Assembly: GCF_002113885.1 (NCBI RefSeq)
Contig: NW_018408136.1
Location: 1,083,734 to 1,147,733, forward strand
Direction: 5' to 3'
DNA from: Mizuhopecten yessoensis
Taxonomy: Eukaryota
Length of the DNA: 64,000 bases
The position numbers were made by a program, and so were the translations under genes. Numbering within the stretch: the first letter of the stretch is position 1; each line of letters opens with the position of its first letter. This document shows, in pieces, positions 25,001 through 36,900 of this stretch. The notes beneath the pieces were generated by a model. The model was not told the DNA's origin and made no database searches. It saw only the letters and a list, made by a program, of their open reading frames with translations.

Positions 25001-28000
25001 CACAGGTGTTACCACTGACTTAAGGGATGTATGAAGGATGAGACACAGGTGGGGCCACTGACTTAAGGGATGTATGAAGAGAGAGCCACTGGTGTGACTA
25101 CTGAACTAATGGATGTATCGGGAGGGACACTGGTGTGACTACTGATCAATGGGATGTGTGAAGGGAAAGACACTGGTGTGACTACAGACGTAGGGGATGT
25201 GTGAAGGGAGATACACAAGTGTATCTCCCTCCACACATCCCCTACGTCTGTAGTCACACCAGTGTCTCATCCTTCATACATCCCATACATCCCTTAGGTC
25301 AGAAGTCACGCCAGCGTCTCTCTCTTCATACATCCCTTACAGTGTCTCTCACTTCATACATCCCTTAGGTAAGAAGCCACACCAGTGTCTCTCTCTTCAC
25401 AGATCCCTGAGGTCAGTAGTCACACCAGTACACCAGTGTCTCTCTCTTAGGTCAGCAGTCACACCAGCGCCTCTCCCTTCATACATCCCCGTGTATCTAC
25501 TGACTGAAGTGATGAATGAAGGGAGAGACAATGGTGTGACTTCTGACCTAAGTGATGTATGAAGGGAGAGACCCTGGTGTGACTGCTGACCTAAGTGATG
25601 TATGAAGGGAGAGACACTGATGTGACTGCTGACCTAAGGGATGTGTGAGGAGAGAGAGACACCGGTGTGTCTACTGTGGTGTATCTACTGACCTAGGGGA
25701 TGTATGAAGGAGCTAAGGGATGTTTGAAGCAAGAGACACTGGTGTGACCATTGACTTAAGGGGAAGGGAGAGACACTGGTGTTACTGCTGACCTAAGGAA
25801 TGTATGAAGGGAGAGACACTTGTGTGACCACTGACCTAAGGGATGTATGGGATGTATGAAGGATGAGACACAGGTGTTACCACTGACTTAAGGGATGTAT
25901 GAAGGATGAGACACTGGTGTGACTACTGAACTAATGGATGTATGAAGAGAGAGACGCTGGCGTGACTTCTGACCTAAGGGATGTATGAGGATGTATGAAG
26001 GAAGAGACCCTGGTGTGACCACTGACCTCAGGGATGTGTGAAGGGAACGACACTGGTGTGACTACTGACCTAAGGGATGTATGAAGGGAGAGAGATAGAC
26101 ACTGGTATATCTACTGACCTAAATGATGTATGAAAAGAGAGACACTGGTGTGACTACTGACCTAAGGGATGTATGAAGGGAGAGACACTGGTGTGACTAC
26201 TGACTTAAGGGAAGGGTGAAGAGAGAGAGACACTGGGGTATCTACTGACCTAAGGGATGTATGAAGGAAGAGACACTGGGGTGAGTACTGACCTAAGGAA
26301 TGTATGAAGGGAGAGACACTGGTGTGACTACTGACCTAAGGGATGTAAGAAGGAAGAGACACTGGTGTGACTACTGAACTAAGGGATGTATGAAGAGAGA
26401 GACACTGGTGTGACTGCTGATCTAAGGGATGTTTGAAGCAAGAGACACTGGTGTGACCACTGACTTAAGGGATGTGTGAAGAGAGAGAGACACTGGTGTA
26501 TCTCCTGACTTAAGGGATGAATGAAGGAAGAGATACTGGTGTGACTACTGACCTAAGGGATGTGTGAGGAGAGAGAGACACCGGTGTGACTACTGACTTA
26601 AGGGATGTGTGAAGAGAGAGAGACACTGGTGTATCTACTGACCTAAGGGATGTATGAAGGAAGAGACACTGGTGTGACTACTGACCTCAGGGATGTTTGA
26701 ATGGAGAGACACTGGTGTGACTGCTGACCTAGGGGATATGTGAGGGGAGAGACACTGGTGTGACTTCTGACCTAAGGGATGTATGAAGGGAGAGACACTG
26801 GTGTGACTGCTGACCTAGGGGTTATGTGAGGGAAGAGACACTGGTGTGACTACTGACCTAAGGGATGTATAAAGAGAGAGACACTGGTGTGACTACTGAC
26901 CTAAGGGATGTGTGAAGAAAGAGACACTGGTGTGACTCCTGACCTAAGGGATGTATGAGGGGAGAGATACTTGTGTGACTGCTGACCTAAGGGATGTATG
27001 AAGGGAGAGACACTGGTGTGACCATTGACTTAAGGGATTTGTGAAGAGAGAGAGAGACACTGGTGTATCTACTGACCTAAGGGATGTCTGAAGGAAGAGA
27101 CACTGGTGTGACTACTGACCTAAGGGATGTATGAAGAGAGAGACACTGGTGTGACTGCTGACCTAAGGGATGTTTGAAGCAAGAGACACCTGTGTGACCA
27201 CTGACTTAAGGGATGTGTGAAGAGAGAGAGACACTGGGGTGACTACTGACTTAAGGGATGTGTGAAGAGAGAGAGACCCTGGTGTATCTACTGACCTAAG
27301 GGATGTATGAAGGGAGAGACCCTGGTGTGACTGCTGACCTAAGGGATGTATGAAGGAAGAGACACTGGTGTGACCACTGACTTAAGGGATGTATGAAGGA
27401 AGAGACACTGGTGTGACCACTGACTTAAGGGATGTATGAAGGAAGAGACACTGGTGTGACTACTGACCTAAGGGATGTATGAAGAGAGAGACACTGGTGT
27501 GACTGCTGACCTAAGGGATGTGTGAAGCAAGAGACACCGGTGTGACCACTGACTTAAGGGATGTGTGCAGAGAGAGAGACACTGGTGTATCTACTGACTT
27601 AAGGGATGAATGAAGGAAGAGATACTGGTGTGATTACTGACCTAAGGGATGTGTGAAGAGAGAGAGACACTGGTGTGACTACTGACTTAAGGGATGTGTG
27701 AAGAGAGAGAGACACTGGTGTATCTACTGACCTAAGGGATGTATGAAGGAAGAAACACTGGTGTGAATACTGACCTCAGTGATGTTTGAATGGAGAGACA
27801 CTGGTGTGACTGCTGACCTAGGGGATATGTGAGGGGAGAGACACTGGTGTGACTACTGACCTAAGGGATGTATGAAGGGAGAGACACTGGTGTGACTACT
27901 GACCTAGGGGATGTGTGAGGGTAGAGACACTGGTGTGACTACTAACCTAAGGGATGTATGAAGGGAGAGACACTGGTGTGACTGCTGACCTAAGGGATGT

Positions 28001-28310
28001 TTGAAGGGAGAGACACTGGTGTGGCTACTGACCTAAGGGATGTATGAAGGCAACGACACTGGTGTGACCACTGACCCAAGGGATGTGTGAAGGGGGAGAC
28101 ATTGATGTGGCTACTGATCTAGTGGATATATGAAGTGAGAGACACTGGTGTGCCTACTGACCAAGGAGATGTGTGTGGGGAAAGCCATCGGTGTGAGTAC
28201 TGACGTAGGGGATGTGTGAAGGGAGAACACCTGACCTTGGAGACGTGTAAAGGGGCAGCCACTGTTATTACTGCTGACGTAGGAAAAGTGTGAAAGGAGA
28301 GACACTGCTG
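16062..28310. repeat. 12.2-kb mosaic satellite of related 42-bp (GAGACACTGCTGTGGTAACTGCACTAGAGGACTTGTGAGGGG) and 43-bp (GAGACACTGGTGTGACTACTGACCTAAGGGATGTATGAAGGGA) units
   Basis: Period is 42 at 16081/16123 and 43 at 21961/22004. The two types alternate in blocks to ~20500, after which only the 43-bp type occurs. G/A-rich on +. Confidence 0.98.
25217..25490 (-). repeat. Inverted segment of the 43-bp satellite
   Basis: Reads CACACCAGTGTCTC / CTTCATACATCCCTTAGGTCAG, the reverse complement of the flanking units. It forms a 49-bp-arm hairpin at 25168-25267. Confidence 0.95.
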
Positions 28311-28849
28311 ATGGATTAGGCTATTGCCCTATACGTTGTATATAAACAGGTGTGTACATCGGCAGGTATTACAACGTATCTGGTAAGTCCAAACACACAT
28401 ATTTAATATGAATGAAACAAGCTCGGATTCCAACTGAATAGTGTGTGAGTTATTTATACCTGTCATTATCCAATTATGGTAATATTAAAGTCCCTAATTA
28501 GTTTCATCATGTAGTCACACCTAATTGCTGCTGTGTACTTGTCGCGAGTTCACCTCCTACCAATTGCTGGCGTTCATTCACTTTACTGTAATGGGATAAA
28601 CACACGTAATAAAAACCTGTCAATGAAGCGAAGGTTGTTGTAAATGTGCTACCAATCTCAGACGTATTTTAGAAGCGACTTTTATTTATCAGTTAAAATT
28701 GTACACCCTTTTATTTAGAATTATGTGATATAAAAGTTTTCGGTATAACAAAATGTCAAGTTAGCATAATATTTTACAGTGTATTGCTTTATGTGTTATT
28801 TTATACCTTTTCACTTTTTGGTTTCTATGATGCACATACTAGCCATGTC

Positions 28850-29610
28850 TTCACTCAGCATTGTATAGTTAGTGATTTATGTAAACCATTTCTTAACTCA
28901 CCATTGTATAGTTAGTGATTTATGTAAACCATTTCTCAACTCAGCATTGTATAGTTAACAGTGATTTATGTAAACAATTTCTTAACTCACCATTGTATAG
29001 ATAACAGTGATTTATGTAAACCATTTCTCAACTCACCATTGTGTAGTTAACAGTGATTTATGTAAACCATTTCTCAACTAGCCATTGTATAAATAACAAT
29101 GATTTATGTAAATCATTTCTTAACTCACCATTGTATAGTTAGTGATTTATGTAAACCATTTCTCAACTAGCCATTGTATAAATAACAATGATTTATGTAA
29201 ATCATTTCTTAACTCAGCATTGTCTAGTTAACAGTGATTTATGTAAACCATTTCTCAAATCACCATTGTATAGTTAATAGGGATTTATGTAAACCATTTC
29301 TCAACTCACCATTGTGTAGTTAACAGTGATTTATGTAAACCATTTCTTATCTCACCATTGTATAGTTAACAGTGATTTATGTAAATCATTACTTAACTCA
29401 GCATTGTATAGTTAACAGTGATTTATGTAAATCATTTCTTAACTCACCATTGTATAGTTAGTGATTTATCTAAACCATTTCTCAACTCAGCATTGTATAG
29501 TTAGTGATTTATGTAAACCATTTCTCAACTCACCATTGTATAGTTAATAGGGATTTATGTAAACCATTTCTCAACTCACCATTGTATAGTTAACAGTGAT
29601 TTATGTTACA
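28850..29610. repeat. 46-bp (43-bp variant) minisatellite, ~17 copies, TTAACTCACCATTGTATAGTTAACAGTGATTTATGTAAACCATTTC
   Basis: Period of 46 bp (28982/29028). Variants lack 3 nt. Degenerate copies continue to ~29790. Confidence 0.95.
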
Positions 29611-30144
29611 ATTATAGTAATCAGTGATGTATTTACAAGCAATTTCTTTACCGTTTCTTAAATTCGATATTTCATAATTATCAGCGATACCTATTAGCCA
29701 TCCCTCACCTCATCATTCTATAACTATCAACATTGTCTATTAGCCATTTCTTAACTCAGCATCATCTAATTATCAATGACATATGACCTAAACTTTCCTC
29801 TATATAATGATGTGCATGATGTTAGTATTTGCTATTTTGAATCTTATGTTTGTGGCAATAATAACACTATAGTGCTAATGATAATTGCTTTATATGTAAA
29901 ATGATCATGGTCTATTGTCATCAGGTAGATTTAACCGAAGATGTCCAATACATCTCTCCGGTAGTCCGAGGTGATGGTGAATTGACGCCTTACCTTTTAA
30001 GAACATCGTTACCTCAGTGAGGAATTATCCATGTCACGTGTCATCTGTCTTCATTAGACAATACAGTTCGGAAACTGTGGCTGATCCCTTCCCTTACATG
30101 ATCGAATGCATTAAATGTATCCCAAAACCATTCACATTATATTT

Positions 30145-30475
30145 TGTTCGGGGAGGGGGTGGTGGGGTTATAATGTTATTATGTTCGGGGAGGGGTGGTG
30201 GGGTTATAATGTTATTATGTTCGGGGATGGGTGGTGGGGTTATAATGTTATTATGTTCGGGGAGGAGTGGTGGGGTTATAATGTTATTATGTTCGGGGAG
30301 GGGTGGTGGGGTTATAATGTTTTTATGTTCGGGGAGGGGTGGTGGGGTTATAATGTTATTATGTTCGGGGAGTGGGTGGTTGGGTTATAATGTTATTATG
30401 TTCGGGGAGGGGGAGGGGGTTATAATGTTATTATGTTCGGAGAGGGGGTGGTGAGGTTATAATGTTATTATGTTT
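30145..30475. repeat. 36-bp G-rich minisatellite, ~9 copies, GTTCGGGGAGGGGTGGTGGGGTTATAATGTTATTAT
   Basis: Directly visible. It explains the 12-aa repeats in ORFs 30017..30454 and 30115..30390. Confidence 0.95.
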
Positions 30476-30662
30476 CTAGATATGTTTCCTTGTATCTCTC
30501 ATAGGTAGTTAACGGGATATGTCGAATCCTGCTGACAGATAACACGAGACTGTCAGTCATTTCATCGACATCCCTAAATGTTACAATGTTCTAGCAGATC
30601 TGGTATTGTATGAAGCAGTTAAACAAACTAAACATGCTGTAGGGATTGTGTGACTGTCCCGG

Positions 30663-30774
30663 CTGTGAATAGGCGGACAGAGGTGTGTAACTCACAAGCT
30701 CAAGGAAAAATCACGAACTGTGAATAGGCGGACAGGGGTGTGTAACTCACAAGCTCAAGGACAAATCACGAACT
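30663..30774. repeat. 55-bp tandem duplication (2 copies)
   Basis: CTGTGAATAGGCGGACAG(A/G)GGTGTGTAACTCACAAGCTCAAGGA(A/C)AAATCACGAA occurs at 30663 and 30718. Confidence 0.95.
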
Positions 30775-31259
30775 AATTGGACCCAGTAAGTAACAAAGTT
30801 CTCTAGTTTGTTACTGAAAGGCACTTTTAGTGTAATAAAATATTTCAATTTGATGCAGCCATATATTATTCGATAATATTAAATGGCGTAATGTGGGAAT
30901 ATATACGATACCAAAACCGTCTATATTTCAAATAATTTGAGTTCGAAAAAAGTTCTTGTACAAGTATCACTATGTGTACTTGTAAATTTATCATTGTTAG
31001 GATTAACAATACGTTCTACAGTATATGTATGTGGGTTTGAGTATTTTCGGAGAATATCGGGTAGGTAACAACGCAAAATCACTGGAACGTCTGCGTTTAA
31101 TCTCGGCCATTGGAGGTATGCACTGGTTATGACCTGCTACGTATGACCATGAATGGAAACGGGCAGAACCACTCATAGAGTTTAAAGGCAGTATTGAACA
31201 TTTCAGTGTGCGTGATTCTGTCCCTGGCTGTTTCCATTCAAACCTATTGATGGCGTATA

Positions 31260-31305
31260 ATGTTCCGAATTTTGTTGCTCGTGTCTTTGACCTTAACTGT
31301 CCTCG
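31260..31305 (+). CDS. Candidate signal-peptide exon MFRILLLVSLTLTVL (phase 1)
   Basis: Acceptor CATTTCAG at 31206, ATG at 31260, a basic residue followed by a hydrophobic run, and donor G|GTCAGA at 31306. Confidence 0.25.
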
Positions 31306-32259
31306 GTCAGATAATTTATTTGAAGATTTATAGACTACGTTGGCAATTTAACAAAACACTATCCACACTTTTTTCAATTAACTATCTTATCTACCCTAAA
31401 TGGCCTATTATGTATGAGTGAAGCCCTGTAAGTGTCGGTCTCCCCGCCTTATAATAGGGAGAGGGACGGTGTGTTACCCGCGATTGAAAACAAGTCTATT
31501 ATCGACATGAACCATCTGCTATAAGGAAACAGAACTGTAGTGTCGATAACACGTGCGTACATCATTACGTCAGTGAACTACACTCCAACAATAGTCATAA
31601 TGAAAATATCCATTTCTATTAAACGGCCAGAATTCTTTGAATTGTTGATAAATACAATACACTAGTTATTTAAAAGTATTTGGAGATCTTAAATTAAATA
31701 ACATCAAATGAAATCCGTGATTGTCTGATTTTGATCAAAGGTTTTATAACAGTTCGTGATATCCTACATATACTATTTCACATTGTGGTATGGATGTACA
31801 AGGTAAGTACAAAATATGTTTTTATGAAAGCAACATTACGACATCGAGTAAGGATCAGTAAAAAATAGAACTAAGGATACACTTATTTAAAATCCAAGCA
31901 AGTCGATACAGAAAGTAAATCAAATACTTGCTGCATCATACAGCGATTTTGTCCATAGTATGGCATGTCCAAAGTGTTCTGAAACATATATAGAAATAAA
32001 ACAATGCCTTTATAACATTGCAAATTGTTTACAATTTTTTTGATTTCAGCAGATATCCTTTTAAACTAATATTCATATACACCTTACCTAAATAAATTAT
32101 AGTTTCAAGTTTAGGGCTGACATTGGGGACTAATGGTCGACTAATGGTATGGATTTTGAAGGATTAAGCGTCCTTTAAACTGCTAAGGTCAATTAAGGAC
32201 AAACCTCCATATGTTTAATGTATAATTGTGTGATGGAGGTGGTAATTTGGGTGTATTTA

Positions 32260-33770
32260 TCGCCTTACAATGACGAGGATCTGATGCCGACTTTAGTGTC
32301 CTACCTCACTGAAATACCATGTCAAAGGCAACCGGCACATTATTCGACCCTGTCACATTATACTGACATTGGGTAACCACCGAGTCACATTATACTGCCA
32401 TTGGGTAACCACCGAGTCACATTATACTGACATTGGGTAACAACCAAGTCACATTATACTGACATTAAGTAACCACCCAGTCACAATATACTGACATTGG
32501 GTAACCACCAAGTCACATTATACTGACATTGGGTAACCACCAAGTCACATTATACTGACATTGGGTAACCACCATGTCACATTATACTGACATTGTGAAA
32601 CCATCAAGTCACATTATACTGTCATTGGGTAACCACCAAGTCACATTATACTAACATTTGGTAACCACCGAGTCACATTATACTGACATTGGGTAACCAC
32701 CAAGTCACATTATACTGTCATTGGGTAACCACCGAGTCACATTATACTGGCATTGTGTAACCATCAAGTCACATTATACTGTCATTGGGTAACCACCAAG
32801 TCACATTATACTAACATTTGGTAACCACCGAGTCACATTATACTGACATTGGGTAACCACCAAGCCACATTATACTGACATTGGGTAACCACCAAGTCAC
32901 ATTATACTGGCATTGGGTAACCACCAAGTCACATTATTCTGACATTGGGTAACCACCAAGTCACATTATACTGGCATTGGGTAACCACCAAGTCACATTA
33001 TTCTGACATTGGGTAACCACCAAGTCACATTATACTGACATTGGGTAACCCCCAAGTCACATTTAACTGTCATTGGGTAACCACCGAGTCACATTATACT
33101 GAAGTTGGGTAACCACCAAGTCACATTATACTGACATTGGGTAACCTACGAGTCACATTATACTGAAGTTGGGTAACCACCGAGTCACATTATACTGACA
33201 TTGGGTAACTACCAAGTCACATTATACTGACATTGGGTAACCACCCAGTCACATTATACTGACATTGTGTAACCTGCAAGTCACAGTATACTGTCATTGG
33301 GTAGCCACCAAGTCATACTATACTGACATTGGGTAACCACCAAGTCACATTAAACTGACATTGGGTAACCACACAGTCACATTTAGCTGTCATTTGGTAA
33401 CCACACAGTCACATTTAACTGTCATTGGGTAACCACCAAGTCACATTATACTGACATTAGGTAACCACCAAGTCACTTAATAATGACATTGGGTAACCAC
33501 ACAGTCACATTTAACTGTCATTGGGTAACCACCAAGTCACATTATACTGACATTGGGTAACCACCCAGTCACATTATACTGTCAATGGGTAACCACCAAG
33601 TCACATTATACTGACATTTGGTAACCACCAAGTCACATAAAACTGACACCGGGTAACCACCCAGTCATATTATACTGACATTGGGTAACCAGCCATTGCA
33701 CTTACCCTAAATGCTGAACGTTTGGTAGGGAATAGCAAGTACCATTTTCAAGTGTTGTCAATGGTACCAG
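32260..33770 (-). mobile_element. Meta-domain-type SINE remnant split by an internal tandem expansion
   Basis: The minus strand reads AAAATGGTACTTGCT..CAGCATTTAGGGTAAGTGCAATGGCTGGTTACCCAATGTCAGTATAAT [array] GTCAGTATAATGTGACAGGGT..CATGGTATTTCAGTGAGGTAGGACACTAAAGT. This is the block order I recall for molluscan Meta-SINEs. The tRNA head is not recognisable. Confidence 0.7.
32352..33690. repeat. 32-bp minisatellite, ~42 copies, GTCACATTATACTGACATTGGGTAACCACCAA
   Basis: Period of 32 bp (32352/32384), highly homogeneous. Confidence 0.98.
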
Positions 33771-33932
33771 AATAATACATATGTTATTGTATAATTTTAT
33801 ATAAGTTTTATCACTATATAAGATATCTATCAGTAAATATTAATAAACCATCAAATTCAATTCTTCGATTCATTGAGGAGATTTCTTACAAACTAGACGA
33901 GATCATGCTTATCGAACGCCCAGTCAACTTAC

Positions 33933-36900
33933 CGCAATTAGGCTTCCAACAACGACAACGGCGATAAGGCTTCCCACAACGACAACATCAATTAAGCTTC
34001 CAACAACGACAACAGTAATTAAGCTTCCAACAACGACAATAGTAATTAAGCTTCCAACAACGACACGGCGATAAGGCTTCCCACAACGAAAACATCAATT
34101 AAGCTTCCAACAACGACAACAGCAATAAGGCCTCCCACAACGACAACATCAATTTAGCTTCCAACAACGACAACAGCAATAAGGCTTCCCATAACGACAA
34201 CATCAATTAAGCTTCCAACAACGACAACAGCAATAAGGCTTCCCATAACGACAACATCAATTAGGCTTCCAACAACGACAACGGCGATAAGGCTTACCAC
34301 AACGACAACATCAATTAAGCTTCCAACACCGACAACAGCAATAAGGCCTCCCACAACGACAACATCAATTTAGCTTCCAACAACGACAACAGCAATAAGT
34401 CTTCCCACAACGCCAACATCAATTAAGCTTCCAACAACGACAACAGTAATTAAGCTTCCAACAACGACAACAGTAATTAAGCTTCCAACAACGACAATAG
34501 TAATTAAGCTTCCAACAACGACACGGCGATAAGGCTTCCCACAACGAAAACATCAATTAAGCTTCCAACAACGACAACAGTAATTAAGCTTCCAACAACG
34601 ACAACAGTAATTAAGCTTCCAACAACGACAATAGTAATTAAGCTTCCAACAACGACACGGCGATAAGGCTTCCCACAACGAAAACATCAATTAAGCTTCC
34701 AACAACGACAACAGTAATTAAGCTTCCAACAACGACAATAGTAATTAAGCTTTCCACAAAGACGACAGTAATTAGGCTTCCCACAACGACAACAGCAATC
34801 AACGACAACATCAATTAAGCTTCCCACAACGACAACACTTATTAAGCTTCCAACAACGACAAAAGCAATTAAGCATCCCGCAACGACAACAGCAATTAGG
34901 CTTGCCACACCGATAAAAGCAATTAAGCATCCCAAAACGAAAACAACAATTAGGCTTCCAACAACGACAACAATAATAAGCCTTGTCACAACGACAACAG
35001 CAATTAGGGTAGCCACAACGACAACAGAAATTAAGCTTCCAAAAAAGACAGCATCAATTAGGTTCCCATAACAACAACAGCACTTTAGGTTCCAACAACA
35101 ACAGCAATTATGCATCCCATAAAACAACAGCAATTAGGCTTCACATAAAAACAACAACAATTAGGCTTCCCACAAAAACAACAGCAAAAAGTCTTCCGAC
35201 AAAAAAATACATTAATTAGGTTTCCCACAAAAACAACAGCAATAAGGCTTCCCACAACGACAACATCAATTAAGCTTCCAACAACGACAACAGTAATTAA
35301 GCTTCCAACAACGACAATAGTAATTAAGCTTTCCACAAAGACGACAGTAATTAGGCTCCCACAACGACAACAGCAATTAAGCTTCCAATAACAGCGACAG
35401 CAATCAGGCTTCCAATAAAGACAACAGTTATCAGGCTTCCCACAACGACAACAGCAATTAGGTTTCCATAACAACAACAGCAATTTAGCTTCCCACAACA
35501 ACAAAAAACAGCAATTTAGCTTCCAATAACGACTACAGCATTGAAGCTTCCAACAACAACGACAGCAATCATGCTTCCCACAACGACAACAGCAATTTAG
35601 CTTCCCAAAACGACAACAGCAATTTAGCTTCCCGCAACAACAGCAATTAGGCTTCCCACAAAACCAACAGTAATTATGCTTCCCACAAAAACAACAGCTA
35701 TTAAGCTTACCACAACGACAACAGCAATGACGCTTCCAACATCGACAACAGCAATTAGGCTTCCCGAAACGACAACAGCAATTTAGCTTCCAATAACAAC
35801 GACGGCAATCAGGCTTCCAACAAAAACAACAGCAATTTAGCTTCCTAAAACAACAACAGTAATTTAGCTTCCCACAACAACAGCAATTAGGGTTCCCACA
35901 AAAATAACAGCAATTAGGCTTCCCACAAAATTAACAGCAATTTGGCTTCCCACAACAACAGCAATTAGGCTTCCCACAAAAACAACAGCAATAAGGCTTC
36001 CCACAAAAACAACAGCAATTAGGTTCCCATAACAACAACAGCAATTTAGCTTCCCACAACAACAGCAATTAGGCTTCCCACAACAACAAAAAACAACAAT
36101 TATGCTTCCAATAACGACTACAGCATTGAAGCTCCCAACAACAACGACAATTAGGCTTCCCACAAAAACAACAATTAGGCTTCCCACAAAACCAACAGTA
36201 ATTAAGCTTCCAACAACGACAACAGTAATTAAGCTTGCCACAACGACAACCGCAATTAAGCTTTCCACAAAGACGACAGTAATTAGGCTTCCCACAACGA
36301 CAACAACAATTAAGCTTCCAAAACCAGCGACAGCAATCAGGCTTCCAACAAAGACAACAGTTAACAGGCTTCCCACAACGACAACAGCAATTAGGTTTCC
36401 ATAACAACAACAGCAATTTAGGTTCCCACAACAACAGCAAGTATGCATCCCATAAAACAACAGCAATTAGGCTTCACATAAAAACAACAACAATTAGGCT
36501 TCCCACAAAAACAACAGCAAAAATTCTTCCCACAAAAAAATCAGTAATTAGGTTTCCCACAAAAACAACAGCAATTAGGCTTCCCACAACGACAACAGCA
36601 ATAAGGCTTCCAACAACGACCTTGCAATAAAGCTTCCAACAACGACAACAGTAATTAAGCTTCCAACAACGACAACAGCAATTAAGCGTTCCACAAAGAC
36701 GACAGTAATTAGGCTTCCCCCAACGACAACAGCAATTAAGCTTTCCACAAAGACGACAGTAATTAGGCTTCCAACAACGACAACCGCTATTAAGCTTTCC
36801 ACAAAGACGACAGTAATTAGGCTTCCCACAACGACAACAGCAATTAGGTTTCCAGTTTCCCACAAAAACAACAGCAATAAGGCTTCGACAATAGTAATTA

